Source: Minutocellus sp. GHC0000111 (taxonomy: Eukaryota). Taken from it: a DNA stretch of 64,000 nt. The position numbers were made by a program, and so were the translations under genes. The stretch lies in assembly GCA_977018835.1 (NCBI GenBank), contig OZ361259.1, forward strand, positions 2,790,001-2,854,000, given 5' to 3'. The first letter of the stretch is position 1; each line of letters starts with the position of its first letter. Of this stretch, positions 35,144-47,500 are shown piece after piece. The notes under the pieces were generated by a model. It saw only the letters and a list, made by a program, of their open reading frames with translations, was not told the DNA's origin and did no database searches.

Positions 35144-38100
35144 ATGAACTACAGCGGCAGCCAAGCGCTGAAAGTGCTTCCACCCCCGCTGCTCCTGGAG
35201 GATGATAACTGCGATGCAGACGATGATCCGCTCGACGCCAAGCGTCATGGAAGCACTCCCCTCGCAAGATCTGGCCCATTGACTATATCCAGCCTGCTGT
35301 GGGAGGGTGCAGCACTTACCAAGATTCAATTCCACACGGTCGGGCCAGCGCAGAGACGATATTTGAGGTTGCGTCGGATCGACGAGGATAAAGTTGGCGA
35401 TGGATGCAATGCCACAGACGATGGCAGCAGCTACGCGTTCCGTACTCCTCCGTCCATGAAGAAGAAGCGTCGAAAGCAGATTCATAGTACTGATAGTGGT
35501 TGTGCTAGTGGAGGAATCGGAAAACTGAACGCCAACAAGTACAGCAGTGTTGAGATATGCGTTTCCACGCCAGGCCAACCGAGCAACGGCGTTATCAATG
35601 GCACCAATCTGCACCTGGCCGCCAAGCCATTGTGCCTGGAATGGTTCGATCCGGATGATCCGTCGACGATAGATACCGACACGTCCTCGCCGGAGCGGCA
35701 GCGGGTCATCCATCTCGATGACATTCGGGACGTTACCACCGGCCATGCGACGCCGGCCTTTCGAGCGTATCGGATCCGTCATCAGCAGCATCAACATTTG
35801 TCAGATGCCGACGGCCGTAGCAGCTGCGGCGACTTCCGGCTCCCTGATGCCTCCCTCTGCTTTTCGATTGTGACACATCAGCGGACTTTGGACCTTGCCG
35901 CCGACTCGGTTCATGAGGCCAGGCGATGGGTTGCAGCGTTGCATTCGTTGGTGGGGCAGTACGAGGCTTGGGGCGGTGGAAAAGGCATGAGCAACATTAC
36001 ACCCAAGCATAGAAGAAGCAGCAGCCGTCGGCAGCGCATCGCATCGCCCATATCTCGATTGGCGTCGTCCCCGGAGCTCAATGATTCATTTACTTCCGTT
36101 GCAAGCAATGATGCTACGTCGCGGGATCCAATGCATAACGACAAGGTGTTCCATGCGGCTCGGGCGGGCAATGTTGATTCACTTGCCACATACTTTGATC
36201 GGGAGGGCTGCCCAGTCGATATCATGGAGGAGTCATCAGGCGATACTCCGCTCCTGCTCGCTTGTCGGCTTGACCATGCTGATGTGGTGGATTTATGTTT
36301 GAAGCGAGGGGCCCACAACGACCCGCACCCAACTTATGGCCAAACAGCCCTACAGGCAGCAGTGTCTTCCGGCCATGCTTCTTGTGTCAAGCTACTCCTC
36401 GAGACGGCCGCCAAGAGTAATGCAGATGTCATTATTGCCAACCACGAGGAGATCGATTCGACGGATCCGACGCGGAGAGAGGCACCTATCCACACAGCGG
36501 CTCGATGCGGGAGCTTGGCCATCGTTGAATTGCTGGTGTTGCATGGGGCCAATCTGGGTCTGGTGGATTCCTCTGGACGGACAGCGTTGCATTCTGCCGC
36601 GGCGGCGGGGCATTCCGCTGTCCTTGCACTGCTTCTGGATGCCAGCGGCGATGTCTTTATTGAGCAGATGAACGATAGCGGCATGACTTGTTTGCATTTG
36701 GCCGTCCAGAACAATATGTTGGACTGCGTCCGTGCGCTGCTGGAATTTGCTGCCGATGTTGACGAGCGGGCAATGGAGATGGCCACCACTCGTAGGCTTG
36801 GTAAGATTGTGGCTTTGCTGCAGGCGTACTGTGCGTTCAACGCCGTGCGCTCTCCAGGAGCGGACCATGGCCCATTGGTCAAATGTCAAGACGATGATGC
36901 TGCGTCGCGTCGATCTTCCATCTCGACCGTTACATTTGACCTGCCTAGACCGGAACCATCTGGGTCAGCTTCGTCATATGCATCTCGTGCCGAATGTTTG
37001 CAGAAGGCGATTGGAGGTCATACCGGGGGCATAGAGAACGACGGTGGCAGTGTCAGGAGGGTGGTGAGACGCCGCAGTACCATTGGTCATACTCCTGCAC
37101 ATCATCACACTCCAAGCCACTACTTTACCCCAGCCTCAACCCCGTTCGATCAACATCGTGAGGAGCAGCGCACTCTCTGCCAGCCGCAATGTGCGGGGGG
37201 CTGGGCGTCGCCCGGTCCGATGCTTCAACCTCCAGCAATGACGCTCTCGGTGCCAGCAATGACGCCCTCGGTGCCAGCAACGCCGTCTGTTATTGAAGCT
37301 TTCCAGCTCGGGGTGCAGTATTGGCAGACGTACCACGAGCCTGGGACAAACAGGCTTTTCTTTGTTCGGCACAGCGATGGTCACAGCCAGTGGAAGGATC
37401 CAAGGTTACCGCCAATATCGTCGATGTCAGGGATCGATGCCGCTGTGCCATCTATGAAGACGGCTTCACACCACGAGATCTTTCGTACACCGTTGTCTTC
37501 TCCTGAGATTATTGCTCAAGGTACTCTTTGTTCACCCGTGGTATCATGCCAGCAGCGTTCCAGCAGGTTCAATTCCAACGAGCTGCCAGGGGATAATGGC
37601 AGAGCCCCGGCCGATGAAAATGATCATGGAGGTGAAACGATTGCGTCTGCTTCGGATGGTCAGAGCCATAGCAAGAGCAACGATTCAGAAAGCTCTATTT
37701 CTCCGGCCAACCAAAGAAAAGCCATGCTAGCCATGATACGGTCAAGTGCGAACATGCAAGAAGATGACGCTGAGGGCAACTTGAATAGCCCATCTGACAA
37801 GGAGGAATCCGCCAAGACTGGTGCAGAGAAAGATTCACGGGATGAAGTGCTTTCCATGACTAGATCTCGGGATAATCAAGCTGGAGGGAGCGCTGCTCGT
37901 GAAACTGACGTTGATACTCAACGCGAGGCTGCTGATGCTGTCAAAGAGGAGCTTCCAGACCCAAGAAAAGCCATGCTAGCAATGATAAGAGCTCGATCTG
38001 TTAGCGTTGCGCCGACGGCACCGTCATCTGATACCAAGGATATCGAGGATACGGAGACTCGTCCAGATCCAAGAAAAGCAATGCTGGCAATGATCAAAGC

Positions 38101-40167
38101 AAAGGCTCCGCCAACTGCTGAGACAAGTGACAGCGGCAGCTTCACTGTGGTAGGAGGCAAGCCCTCTTCAAGCGCAAATGAGAGCCATATTGAGACCGGT
38201 GACGACATGTCCGACGAAGTGAAGAAGGCCATTACCAAGTACAAGCGAATGGTACGGATGCAGGTCCCCGAGGAAGCTGTCAGGCACGAAATGAGAAAGC
38301 AGGGCCACGATGCGCAGCCAGCCATTTTTGCGGTTTTTGGATCGCCTGATGGTAACGATGAAATAATTCGGACGGACAAGCCAGCTAGTTGTGATTCGGC
38401 GTCTTCGGGAGCAACCGCAACGCCGACCAAGGAGGGCGCAGCAAAGGACCCAGTACTTGCGCCCTACGCCAAGATGGTCAAGGTCGGTGTCCCTGTTCTC
38501 TCTGCTCTTCACAAGCTCACCAAGGAAGGAGTGGAGGAGGACAAGATTCTCTATTTCAAGCGGGCTTATGGAATCAACGATGGCATTTCGGCGATTGCCA
38601 CAAAAAAGCGCAAGGCTGTCAGTTCTCCACCAGCATCTTCCTCGGTCCCAACGCCGAGTACCAAGCGCCCAAGCAAGGCCCTTCAACGTATCCACTGGAC
38701 AACTGTAACGGATGTGACAAAGCTCGAGGGATCGTTGTGGGCAGCAGATGTTGATGGCGGGTGCGGAGGAGAAGCCCTCGACGACTCTGCCATTAGAGAG
38801 CTCGAGGAGGTATTCGCAGACGCACCGGCCTCCTCCGTTGGCATGGCCACACCGGCGACACAACGAAAGACCAAGAGACAAATCGTATCACTCATCGACC
38901 CTCGCCGAGCACAAAATATAGCCATCCAGCTCGCACAATTCAAATCATTTGCCTCCGATGACGAAATCCTTTCGTCTCTCTCCGCCATGACGGCAGAACA
39001 CCTTCTCATTCTCAGCAGCATTCTACCGACCGCCGATGAGGTGGCCATCGTCGGAGCTTACGAAGATAACCTGTCGTGTCTTGGACGAGCTGAACAATTT
39101 TTCGTGGCCGTTTCGAAAGTGCCTCGTCTCCCGTCGAGGCTCAGAGCATTTCTTTTCATGAGCCAGTTCAATGCAATGGCCTCGGAGCTGGAAAGTTGTC
39201 TTGACTCTGTTTCGAGGGCATGCGACGAGGTGGTGGACAGCGCTCAACTCAAGAGTTTACTTCGTCGGTTGCTCGTAGTGGGTAACACGATGAATGTGAG
39301 CACCGGTCAGAAGAGGGCGGGTGGTATCTCTGTCGACAGTATTATCAAGACCGCCACCAAGCGAGGCCGCGATAACAAAACAACCGTGGCCGATCATGTT
39401 GTGGCTAATCTGCTCAAGCAGGGCGATGCCGACGGAGTTGTCGAGTTTGCTTCATCCATCAGCGGAATCGAGAATGGAAAGGATGTGGATATGAGAGACG
39501 TCGAAGCAACGCTGAGAAAGATGGAAGCTGACTTGGCGCAGCTTCGCAAGACCATTGACTCCGAACATGGGGAAGAGCTGAAGAATGGTACTTCCGATCT
39601 TATCGAGAAGGGAACTACATTTGTTGGGCACGCATCGTCAAGAATCGAGGTTCTCAAGGCCAAGCTCAACGCCGCTCAATAAAATACTCGAATGCTATAT
39701 CGATACTTTGCCGAGGACGAAGCCCCGAAACAGTCAAGGTTGCCAGTGATATTAAACACTTTATCAGAATTGGCCACAATCGTCAAGGGTTCGAAAGAAG
39801 GCTGGATAGCACAGCAAAAGCAAACCAAGGCAAAGTCTAATTGTGGAGATACATACGATACATCCGTATCAACTCCAGCGAAACGGACTCTACCTCTCGC
39901 AGTGGAGAGTTTCCCAGCTACAACAGTTGCGCCACCATCATCGAATCGCGAACGCCTTTTCTCTCTGCTATCAAAGCGTCCAAAGAGAGAAAGGCGTCAG
40001 GCACGGAGACTAGTAGCCGGCCTCCACCGCCTCGGCCTCTTCCCGACCGCACTGCTTTACTTTCAGCCATCAAGAGTCGTAATCCGGAACATTCTCAGGA
40101 GGTCGCGACGAGGGAACTAGATCGAAATGCTTTATTAGCAGCAATTAATCTGCGCAGGGTGGAGTAG
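35144..40167 (+). CDS. Formin (FH2) with PH, ankyrin repeats, WW and WH2-like repeats; in-frame stop at 39680 and frameshift near 39960
   Basis: PH (CFSIVTHQRTLDLAA...RRWVAAL); ankyrin (GDTPLLLAC, GQTALQAA, GRTALHSA, GMTCLHLA); WW (YWQTY...FF...SQWKDP); DPRKAMLAMI repeats; FH2 (LQRIHW...SLW, LIDPRRAQNIAIQL, LGRAEQFF). The frame continues after TAA as NTRMLYRYFAED. Confidence 0.85.
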
Positions 40168-40272
40168 TATCTATCATTTTTAGTTATCAACGTGCCTAAA
40201 TCATAGGTTTCGTTATTTTTCATTACCAAGGTCTATCTCCTGCATAGAGAGAACTCGTACTGCATCGTATGT

Positions 40273-42473
40273 TTACTTCTTCTTGGCACCAAAGAAGGAG
40301 CCAAGGCCAGCCTGTTTCATACCCTTGGTATTCTTTACAGCTGGCTTTTTCTTCTTGGCAGCACCCGGGGCAGCGGCGGCACCACCAAAGGCCGACTTGA
40401 GCTTCTTGGTAGGGCTCGGACCGGCCTCTTCGGCATTGTCTTCCTCATCGGTCGGAATATCTTCCTCGACCCAAACCTTTTCGGTAATGAGGAAGCCACG
40501 ATCGTCCATGGATGTCTTCTCCACAAGCTTGCGACGCTTCTTCTTCTCCTTCTTACCACCGCCGGCATTGTTTGCGGTATCATCGCCCTTATTAAAATGA
40601 AAGTCCATCTCGCCATACACGGCCTCCTTCTCCTTCTTGTCAACGTCCATGGCATCGTCGTCGTCATCATCATCCTGAATAACCTTGCGACGATTGGCCG
40701 GGGCCTGCTTCTTCTTCTGCTCGGCGAGCTTGTCCTCGGCGGCCTTGGCATCCTTGGCCTTGCGGGCCTGGCGCTGGGCCTCGGATTCGAGAAAGTCCTC
40801 ATCCTCGTCTTCATCGCCGACGAAATCATCGACGTTGCCACGGTTGGGCGAGTTGGCCTTGCTACTGGACGTCTTCTTCTTCTTGTCCTTGGGAGACGAG
40901 GCCTTCTTCTTGGCAATGGGAGCAGCCTTCTTCTTGGCAATGGGAGCCTCGTCGACTGCCATGGCATCCTCGTTCTCGCTATTCTCCTTCCCGACATCGG
41001 CAGATTTCTTCTTGGGAGCAGAAGACGAACTAGCCGAGGCGAATCCAAGCTTGTTGGTAGGCTTGGGTTTGGTCGAGGTGGGAGGTTTGGAACTACCACC
41101 ACCGCTCTTGGACGCAGCCGACGACGAGCTGGCACCAAAGAAGGAGGCAGCGCTCGTGGCCTTGCGGGCCGGTGCTGGCTTCTTCTTGAACGCTGGCTTG
41201 CTGGCTCCGCCAAAGCCACCACCGCCGCCATTCAGATCGGGCTCGACACCCTTGGGCAACGTGGCGGCAATGCGCTTGAGGCGCATGGCATCGTAATCGC
41301 TTCTGGAGAGCAGCTCCTGGATGCGCTCGTCGGGCTTGACGTCATCGGTCAGCATGTCGGTATCGAGCGCACCGGCTTCATCCTGCTCATCTCCCAACAC
41401 CATATCGCGGAGCATCGACTTGGTCTTTTCGTGTGCCGATTGGACGGTCGGGGCACCGTTTTGGAGGAGGGCGATGGAGTAGATGGTCCCCTCGGGCATT
41501 TCCTCTTGACCGGCGGTGACAATCTCCTTGACGAGCTTGACGGCTGTGAGGTGGGAAGGATGCAGATTTTGCGTGAGGAAAAGATGCAGTATACATGATC
41601 AATCATTACACACTCATCTCGGTCGCTTCTTCTATCAATCGTCAAGCGACATGAGCGAAAATCCAACGAAAAGGTGTGCATGCAACATTGGATATTGGAC
41701 CTTCGCGACCGACCCTCGGGCTTCACGAGCACTGTTTGGCCAGTATTAACCCTCACTCTGCTGCCCCTGCTCACGAATCAAGCATATCAATCAGCAAAGT
41801 TTGGGCCATTTTTTGCAAGCGGCTGGACATTCGTCGGAAGAGTCCTTGATGACCCCGATCATGAGATGGTCTAATGATGAGTTGTGCCGAAGCGATGCGA
41901 TTTTGAGCCGCCCGACCATCCGTCCAAATATTGATCGAGCGGGATGCCACTTTATGGACCGTGCGACCACGCCACAATTTCCACAAATTATGCTGCCGCA
42001 AAGCAATGATCGAATTCTCCAAAGAAATGACGATCGTATCCGACCGCGCCTTGCCTGTATCGTCCGACGGTACAGGAGTTTCGTCACCAACAAAATTCAA
42101 ATTTTCCGGCACGTCACGTGCTGCTTTTTGCCTTTTCCGCCACGCGAACTACCCGAGCCAAGATACCACCGAAACAAACCCATCAAATAGCCAAAGGCAC
42201 ATCTACAAACAAACCGTCGAAGCAAACCAACTTACACGTGTTGCAGCTGCCCTCGGCGGCATGTTCATCTCGGACGACGCGGCTGTAATGGACCTCATAC
42301 TTGGCTGCACCGCCGCTGCCTTGTTCGTTTGCGGGCAAATCGGCCAGCAGAGCCGCGGCGGCCCGACGGGTGATGCCCAATTCGAGGGCGGCGGAGCGGG
42401 TGGTGACGCAGCGGTGCAAATCGTGCACCCAGGAGGTGGCCTCGAGGAGGTGGGAGGGTTCGTACAGGGGCAT
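40273..42473 (-). CDS. POLD3: DNA polymerase delta subunit 3 (p66/Cdc27)
   Basis: Exons 42473-42236 and 41543-40273 (692-bp GTAAG...CAG intron, in-frame join); charged disordered body; KTSMDDRGFLITEKVW; C-terminal PIP box KQAGLGSFFG. Confidence 0.85.
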
Positions 42474-42729
42474 GGTTGAAGGAGGAGGAGGGGAAATAAT
42501 GAGCGAGCACGATTACGAAGCGGACTGGAGCCAACTTTTTTCAAACTTTGCGAGGCGGCCGGGCCATTTAGGGACTTTTGGGCTGTCCGAGCATTGGCAG
42601 TCCAGCAACGGCCGGCAGATCCATCAAAAACGCACAAGCACAAGATGTGACACAAAAGATCCGCACCACTCGGATGCACGAGTATCCACTCACCGCATTG
42701 CTGCCGTTCTCCCAGCTTGCTTTGTAACC

Positions 42730-43258
42730 ATGTCGGCCCCAGCAGCAGGAGCAGGAGCAGCAGCAGGAGGAGCAGCAGCGGCAGCAAAAAGTTAAGACGG
42801 AAGCAGCGGCGACCAGCCGCCGTTGTGGTTTCCTCTTCGAAATCCCAATGGCAAGTGGCGCAACAAAGAAACAGACATGAGGGCACGAGCCGAAACGACC
42901 AAGCACATTGATCGTCTTGTCGAATCCGGAGAGGCAAACGTCAGCCAAAACCTTCCAATCGAATGCATGTGTCGTGACAGACTGCCCGAGGTTGTCGACA
43001 AGGTTGAGACATGCTTATGTCGAGAGGCAGGCATCAAGCCTCGAACACCACCAAGACGTCTCGACGTCATGCAAACGGATGCATCCACTCTTTGCACAGA
43101 TTGCCAGGCAATTCAACAACCGTGATGGCATCGAGCAGGTGATGCAACATTTCGAGGAGAGGACTGGCTTACCCATGAACGAAGCACAACGCGAATATTA
43201 CAGGTGTGCTGTTACAACCAGTGTTATCTACGTGTCTCTTGAGGCGGCGAGGTGTTGA
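42730..43258 (+). pseudogene. Degenerate KIX-like (Med15-type) domain gene
   Basis: NGKWRNKETDMRARAETTKHI...RLPEVVDKVETCLCREA continues in another frame as SSLEHHQDVSTSCKRM across a GGCA duplication at about 43026-43033; upstream Ala/Gly repeat ends in an early stop. Confidence 0.45.
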
Positions 43259-43596
43259 TTCCAAGTATTGTGCCTCTAGTTTTCTTGAAACTGAGGGAGG
43301 TAGGGAGAAAAGCCGATTTACTAGTAAAACCAGTAAAACTACTAGTAAATTGATTGTAAAACCCCAAAGTGCCTAGCAAACACGCGTTTTAATAGGCGAA
43401 AAGCATTGTTTTCAATAAGCCCGGATTCGGCGCAAATAGCCCTTGCCTTGTGCTTGTGATCACCGCCTGCCAACTCGCGTCGCAAAGTTTTGATTTTTTC
43501 ATGATTTCGAAGCAATTTTTGCTTTGAGCGCCCGACGACCGGAGCCCCGAGATGGCAGAGAAATGATGACATCATCGGCATGACTAGTAGCTATTT

Positions 43597-44478
43597 GTGG
43601 TTTTGCAAAAGAGGCAGGTTTTACAGAATCCTGAGAATCGGCGTAATGAGAGGGAGGGAGTACGCACAATACTTGGAATCAATACCTCGCCGCCTGATAA
43701 CATTTTGAAGCAAAGAAAATACAGCATCGCCCTTTCTTGCAATGTGATGATTAATGCGTTCTCGAACTCAATCACATTCCAAGGTCGCTCTATTGATGGC
43801 ACAGAGACGGAAGGCGCAAGCAGTAGGTACAAGGTCGCGATATGCAGTATGATCACCAATGCATTGGGATCCAAAAAGAATCTGAAAAGACTTGCCATAA
43901 TGAATTGTAGTGACTCCATTGTTTCGAATGCTATCACATCTGCAACAAATGGAGGGCGCACTTTAGATATTTTGCTGTTGAAAAGTGGCACGCTAAACGC
44001 AGCTGCAAGCGCAATTAGAGATGCGATGGTCAATGTCAAGCGCCTTGGGATTGAAGACGTTCCCATTGATATTTCTGTCGCGAAGAGTCTCTCTGAAGGT
44101 TGAGCCCCTGCTGAAGGTATGAAAGATAACAATGTTCTTTCCATCGTCCAAATTTGCAGAGGTTCCCTTTTGAATGACGAAGCTGCTGCAGAATTTGCGA
44201 AAGGTCTCAAAACAAATACTTCGCTGAAGGAGCTTATTTTACGCGTCGCGACCGAACGAGCAATCAAGTCAATATCGGAGGCTCTCTGTCACAATCGAAC
44301 CTTGACCAAACTTTGCCTACACGGACATGTGCAAATAAATGATGCAAGAGCTATCCAAAATATGCTGGCCCAAAACGCGACCCTCCGATCAAGATTTGTA
44401 TTTTCACATCAATTGTTGTTCTTTATTAGTAATTATTCTCTCTATGATAGCCACGCCGTATCGCATGGGGCGTGCTGA
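43597..44478 (+). pseudogene. RNI-like leucine-rich-repeat gene relic
   Basis: AAAEFAKGLKTNTSLKELIL, ISEALCHNRTLTKLCL and MLAQNATLRS repeats; in-frame TGA at 44101-44103; no clear start. Confidence 0.65.
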
Positions 44479-44543
44479 TGTAATCTTCTCTTTTGGTTCT
44501 AAAACTGGGACAGATACAAATAAATAAGGAAAGCGAATTGTGA

Positions 44544-47500
44544 TTAGGCCACGGCACCGTTGGTAATGGGGAAAGCACGGCCCTCCTCCTGGGTGCTGGC
44601 CGAGGTCTCGGCCCAGGACTGCTGCTGGGTCGAAGGCTGGCCATTAACGAACTTGGGCACACCACCCGAACCAGGACGACGAATGGTCATGGTAGTGACG
44701 GCAGCACCCGATGCAACCACAAGAGCAGAGGCCACGGCAGCGCCGGCAATGACACCGACGCTGCGTCCTGCGGCGGCCTTGGCGAGCATGACCTCGACGG
44801 AGAACTCCGACTCGGCCTCCGCCTCGGGAGTCTCCTCGGCATCACGGCGATTGGTCTGACCAGAGGTGAGAGGCACCGAAGCGTCATACAAAAGACGCTG
44901 GCGGTCCGTACCGACGAGGCTGGGATCGATGACACTGCCAGCAGCGAACTCATACACGATGGTACCGACGCAGTCAACGGGACGCTCCTCGGCGCCGAAG
45001 AAGGTAGCGGGAAGGCGAGTACTGACAATGAGCATACGGTCATCATCAGTGTAGCTCTCTCCGCTGCCAAGCTCCTTGTTGATCGTGTCGACGGAGGTGA
45101 GCTGACCTCCGTCGCCCTGACGTTCAAAATTGACAATGGGCGAGATGGACAGACCGCCCTGGTTGCAAGTGAAGGATTGATGAACGTAGTCAGGGGGCAG
45201 CACATCGCCGTTGTCGGCATCGGGAGCGAAGCGAACACAAAGCTTGAGGGAGTCACTCTGGGAAAGGAAGGAATCATCGAGATTGGAATCCTCAACACAA
45301 ACATTGTCGGTGGTGCACTGACAGGCGGCGAGAGGGTATTCGATATCAATGAGCTTGGTCGTCTCCTCGGCCTCGTTACGCTCGACACTAATGTCCGTGA
45401 CGGCGAAATCCTGAGTCATGTCGATGAGGATGGTCGTCTTGAGCTCCTCGTAGGTGACAAACTCTATTGATGAAATGGTTGATAGGGGGAAAGGGAAATA
45501 TAAAGAGGGTCAGAAATGTTGGATGATCAAGATAGAAGAGGCAAAAAATAGAAGCAGGAAAACTCACTCTTGGTATCGGAGAGAACGGCAAATCCGAGGC
45601 AGAAGTCGATGCTACCGACGTCGAAAGGAGGCTCAGTGGTCCAAACCTCAGATCCGACGACATTGTCAGGGTTGAGATTGAGGTCGATCGTGATGGGAAT
45701 GGAACCAGTGGGAGTCTGGCCGGTGAACAGACCCTTGTTGTTGACGATGACAGTAGCAGGAAGAAGCTTATCACCGGCATCGGTCTCATCGTCAAAAGTA
45801 TTGGTGCACGAGGCATCCATTACCTGGACAGCGACCAACTCGTTGGCAACATCGTATTTACGAGAGGTTGCGACTTGAGGGAGGAGAGCATCCACGGTGA
45901 AGAGCAGCTCTACCTTGGGGTTGGCACCCTCTGAACCGGTGGTAACATCAACAAAGGTTGACTCCCACATCGCAGCCGACATGGTGGCACATCCTGAGTC
46001 ATCGATGGAAACCTTGTTCGGGTTGGAGGCGGCCAAAGCGATCTCAACATCCGTCGTGTAAGGGCAGAGGTCGACGCCGTCGACGACACCATCCTTGTCG
46101 GTATCAAAGGGACATCCAGGCGCGACGGGAGCATCGAGCTTGTCATTGGTATACTCCTCAGCGTAGACAGTGGCACCACGAACGGTATCAGCACACATAT
46201 CCTGCTCGACGGTACAGCACGTTGCTGCGTCGACGGGCTTGGCTTCGGTGGAATGACAGCCGGTGGGCTGGAAGGGCCAAGTGTAGGAGGCAGGGGCATC
46301 AGTTGAAATACAATCCTTCACACCATCGTTGTCGGAGTCGATGGGACAACCATTACGGCCGATGTAACCGCCTTCCGTTGGGCACTGGTCAATACCATCG
46401 GCGACGCCGTCGTTATCCGTATCCTTGGGACAGCCGAGCTTGGTCTCGTCGTCGGCGGCAGTGAATCCATCGTCGGTGGGAGAAAAGACAATGGCACGAG
46501 GATCATGGACAGGATTGTCACTGTGGACGGTACCATCGCAGTTGTCGATTCCATCATAGACGCCATCCTGGTCGCTGTCGAGCGGGCACCCCTTGTTATT
46601 GACGACAGCAACACGGGTGAGTCCGGTAAAGGTAGCAGCGTCCTGATTGGGGTAGGCAGGAGCGTCGCAGATGTCGGCTTGGTCGGTCACTAGATCGCCA
46701 TCCTCGTCGGGGCAACCAAGAATGTTCATGTACTTCTGGGCGTTGCCCTCGAGTTTGCGCTGATAATCAAAGAGGGCGTCGCCAGGGTTGGACGGGCTGC
46801 GAGAAGTAGATTGGACAGAGGATGAGGAGGAGAAGACAATTTATTTGTGAGGAATGCATGCAAAATATACATGATAGATTCAAGGGCGCCACATCCTATG
46901 ATAGTAATACTCACCAGTAATCACGGTAGTCGGGCGTGCCATCAAAGTCTCCATCGGGACAACCATCAGTGCTTCCAGGACCGTAAAATCCAGGGCAGCG
47001 ATCGTCGCAATCCGACACACCATCCATGTCTCCATCGTAAGCCTTACCAGTGACGGGATCAGTGCCCTTGTCGGGACATCCGGAGTAGCACTCGCCGCCG
47101 GCCTGGGTGGGGCAGGCATCGAACTTGTCGGGGATCCCGTCACCGTCGCGGTCGGGACAGCCGTGGTAGTCGAGGTTGCGTTGGAGCGACGAGAAATCGT
47201 CTTTGGTAGCAAAGGTCCAATCATGGTTGTACTCGATACCGGCCTCGAAGGGGCAGCGATCTTCACAATCGTTGATGCCATCGCCATCAGAATCCAAGAT
47301 GGTAGTGCCATCGGCGCCAGTCTCGGGACAGCCGGAGGGGCAAAAGTCTTGAGGGCCGGGGTTGACGGAGCTGGTGCGGTCATCAGTGTTGCGACGAAGA
47401 CCCATCTGAGTAGGACAGGCATCAAAGTCGTTGGGAATCAGATCGCCGTCGGTATCAACGTAGGGGAAGTCGAGAGTGGTGGGATTGATCTTGGGAATGA

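Noticed and set aside
41770..41900. Possible intronic C/D snoRNA
   Set aside because: The best box C match is on the strand opposite the host gene, with no convincing box pair or terminal stem.
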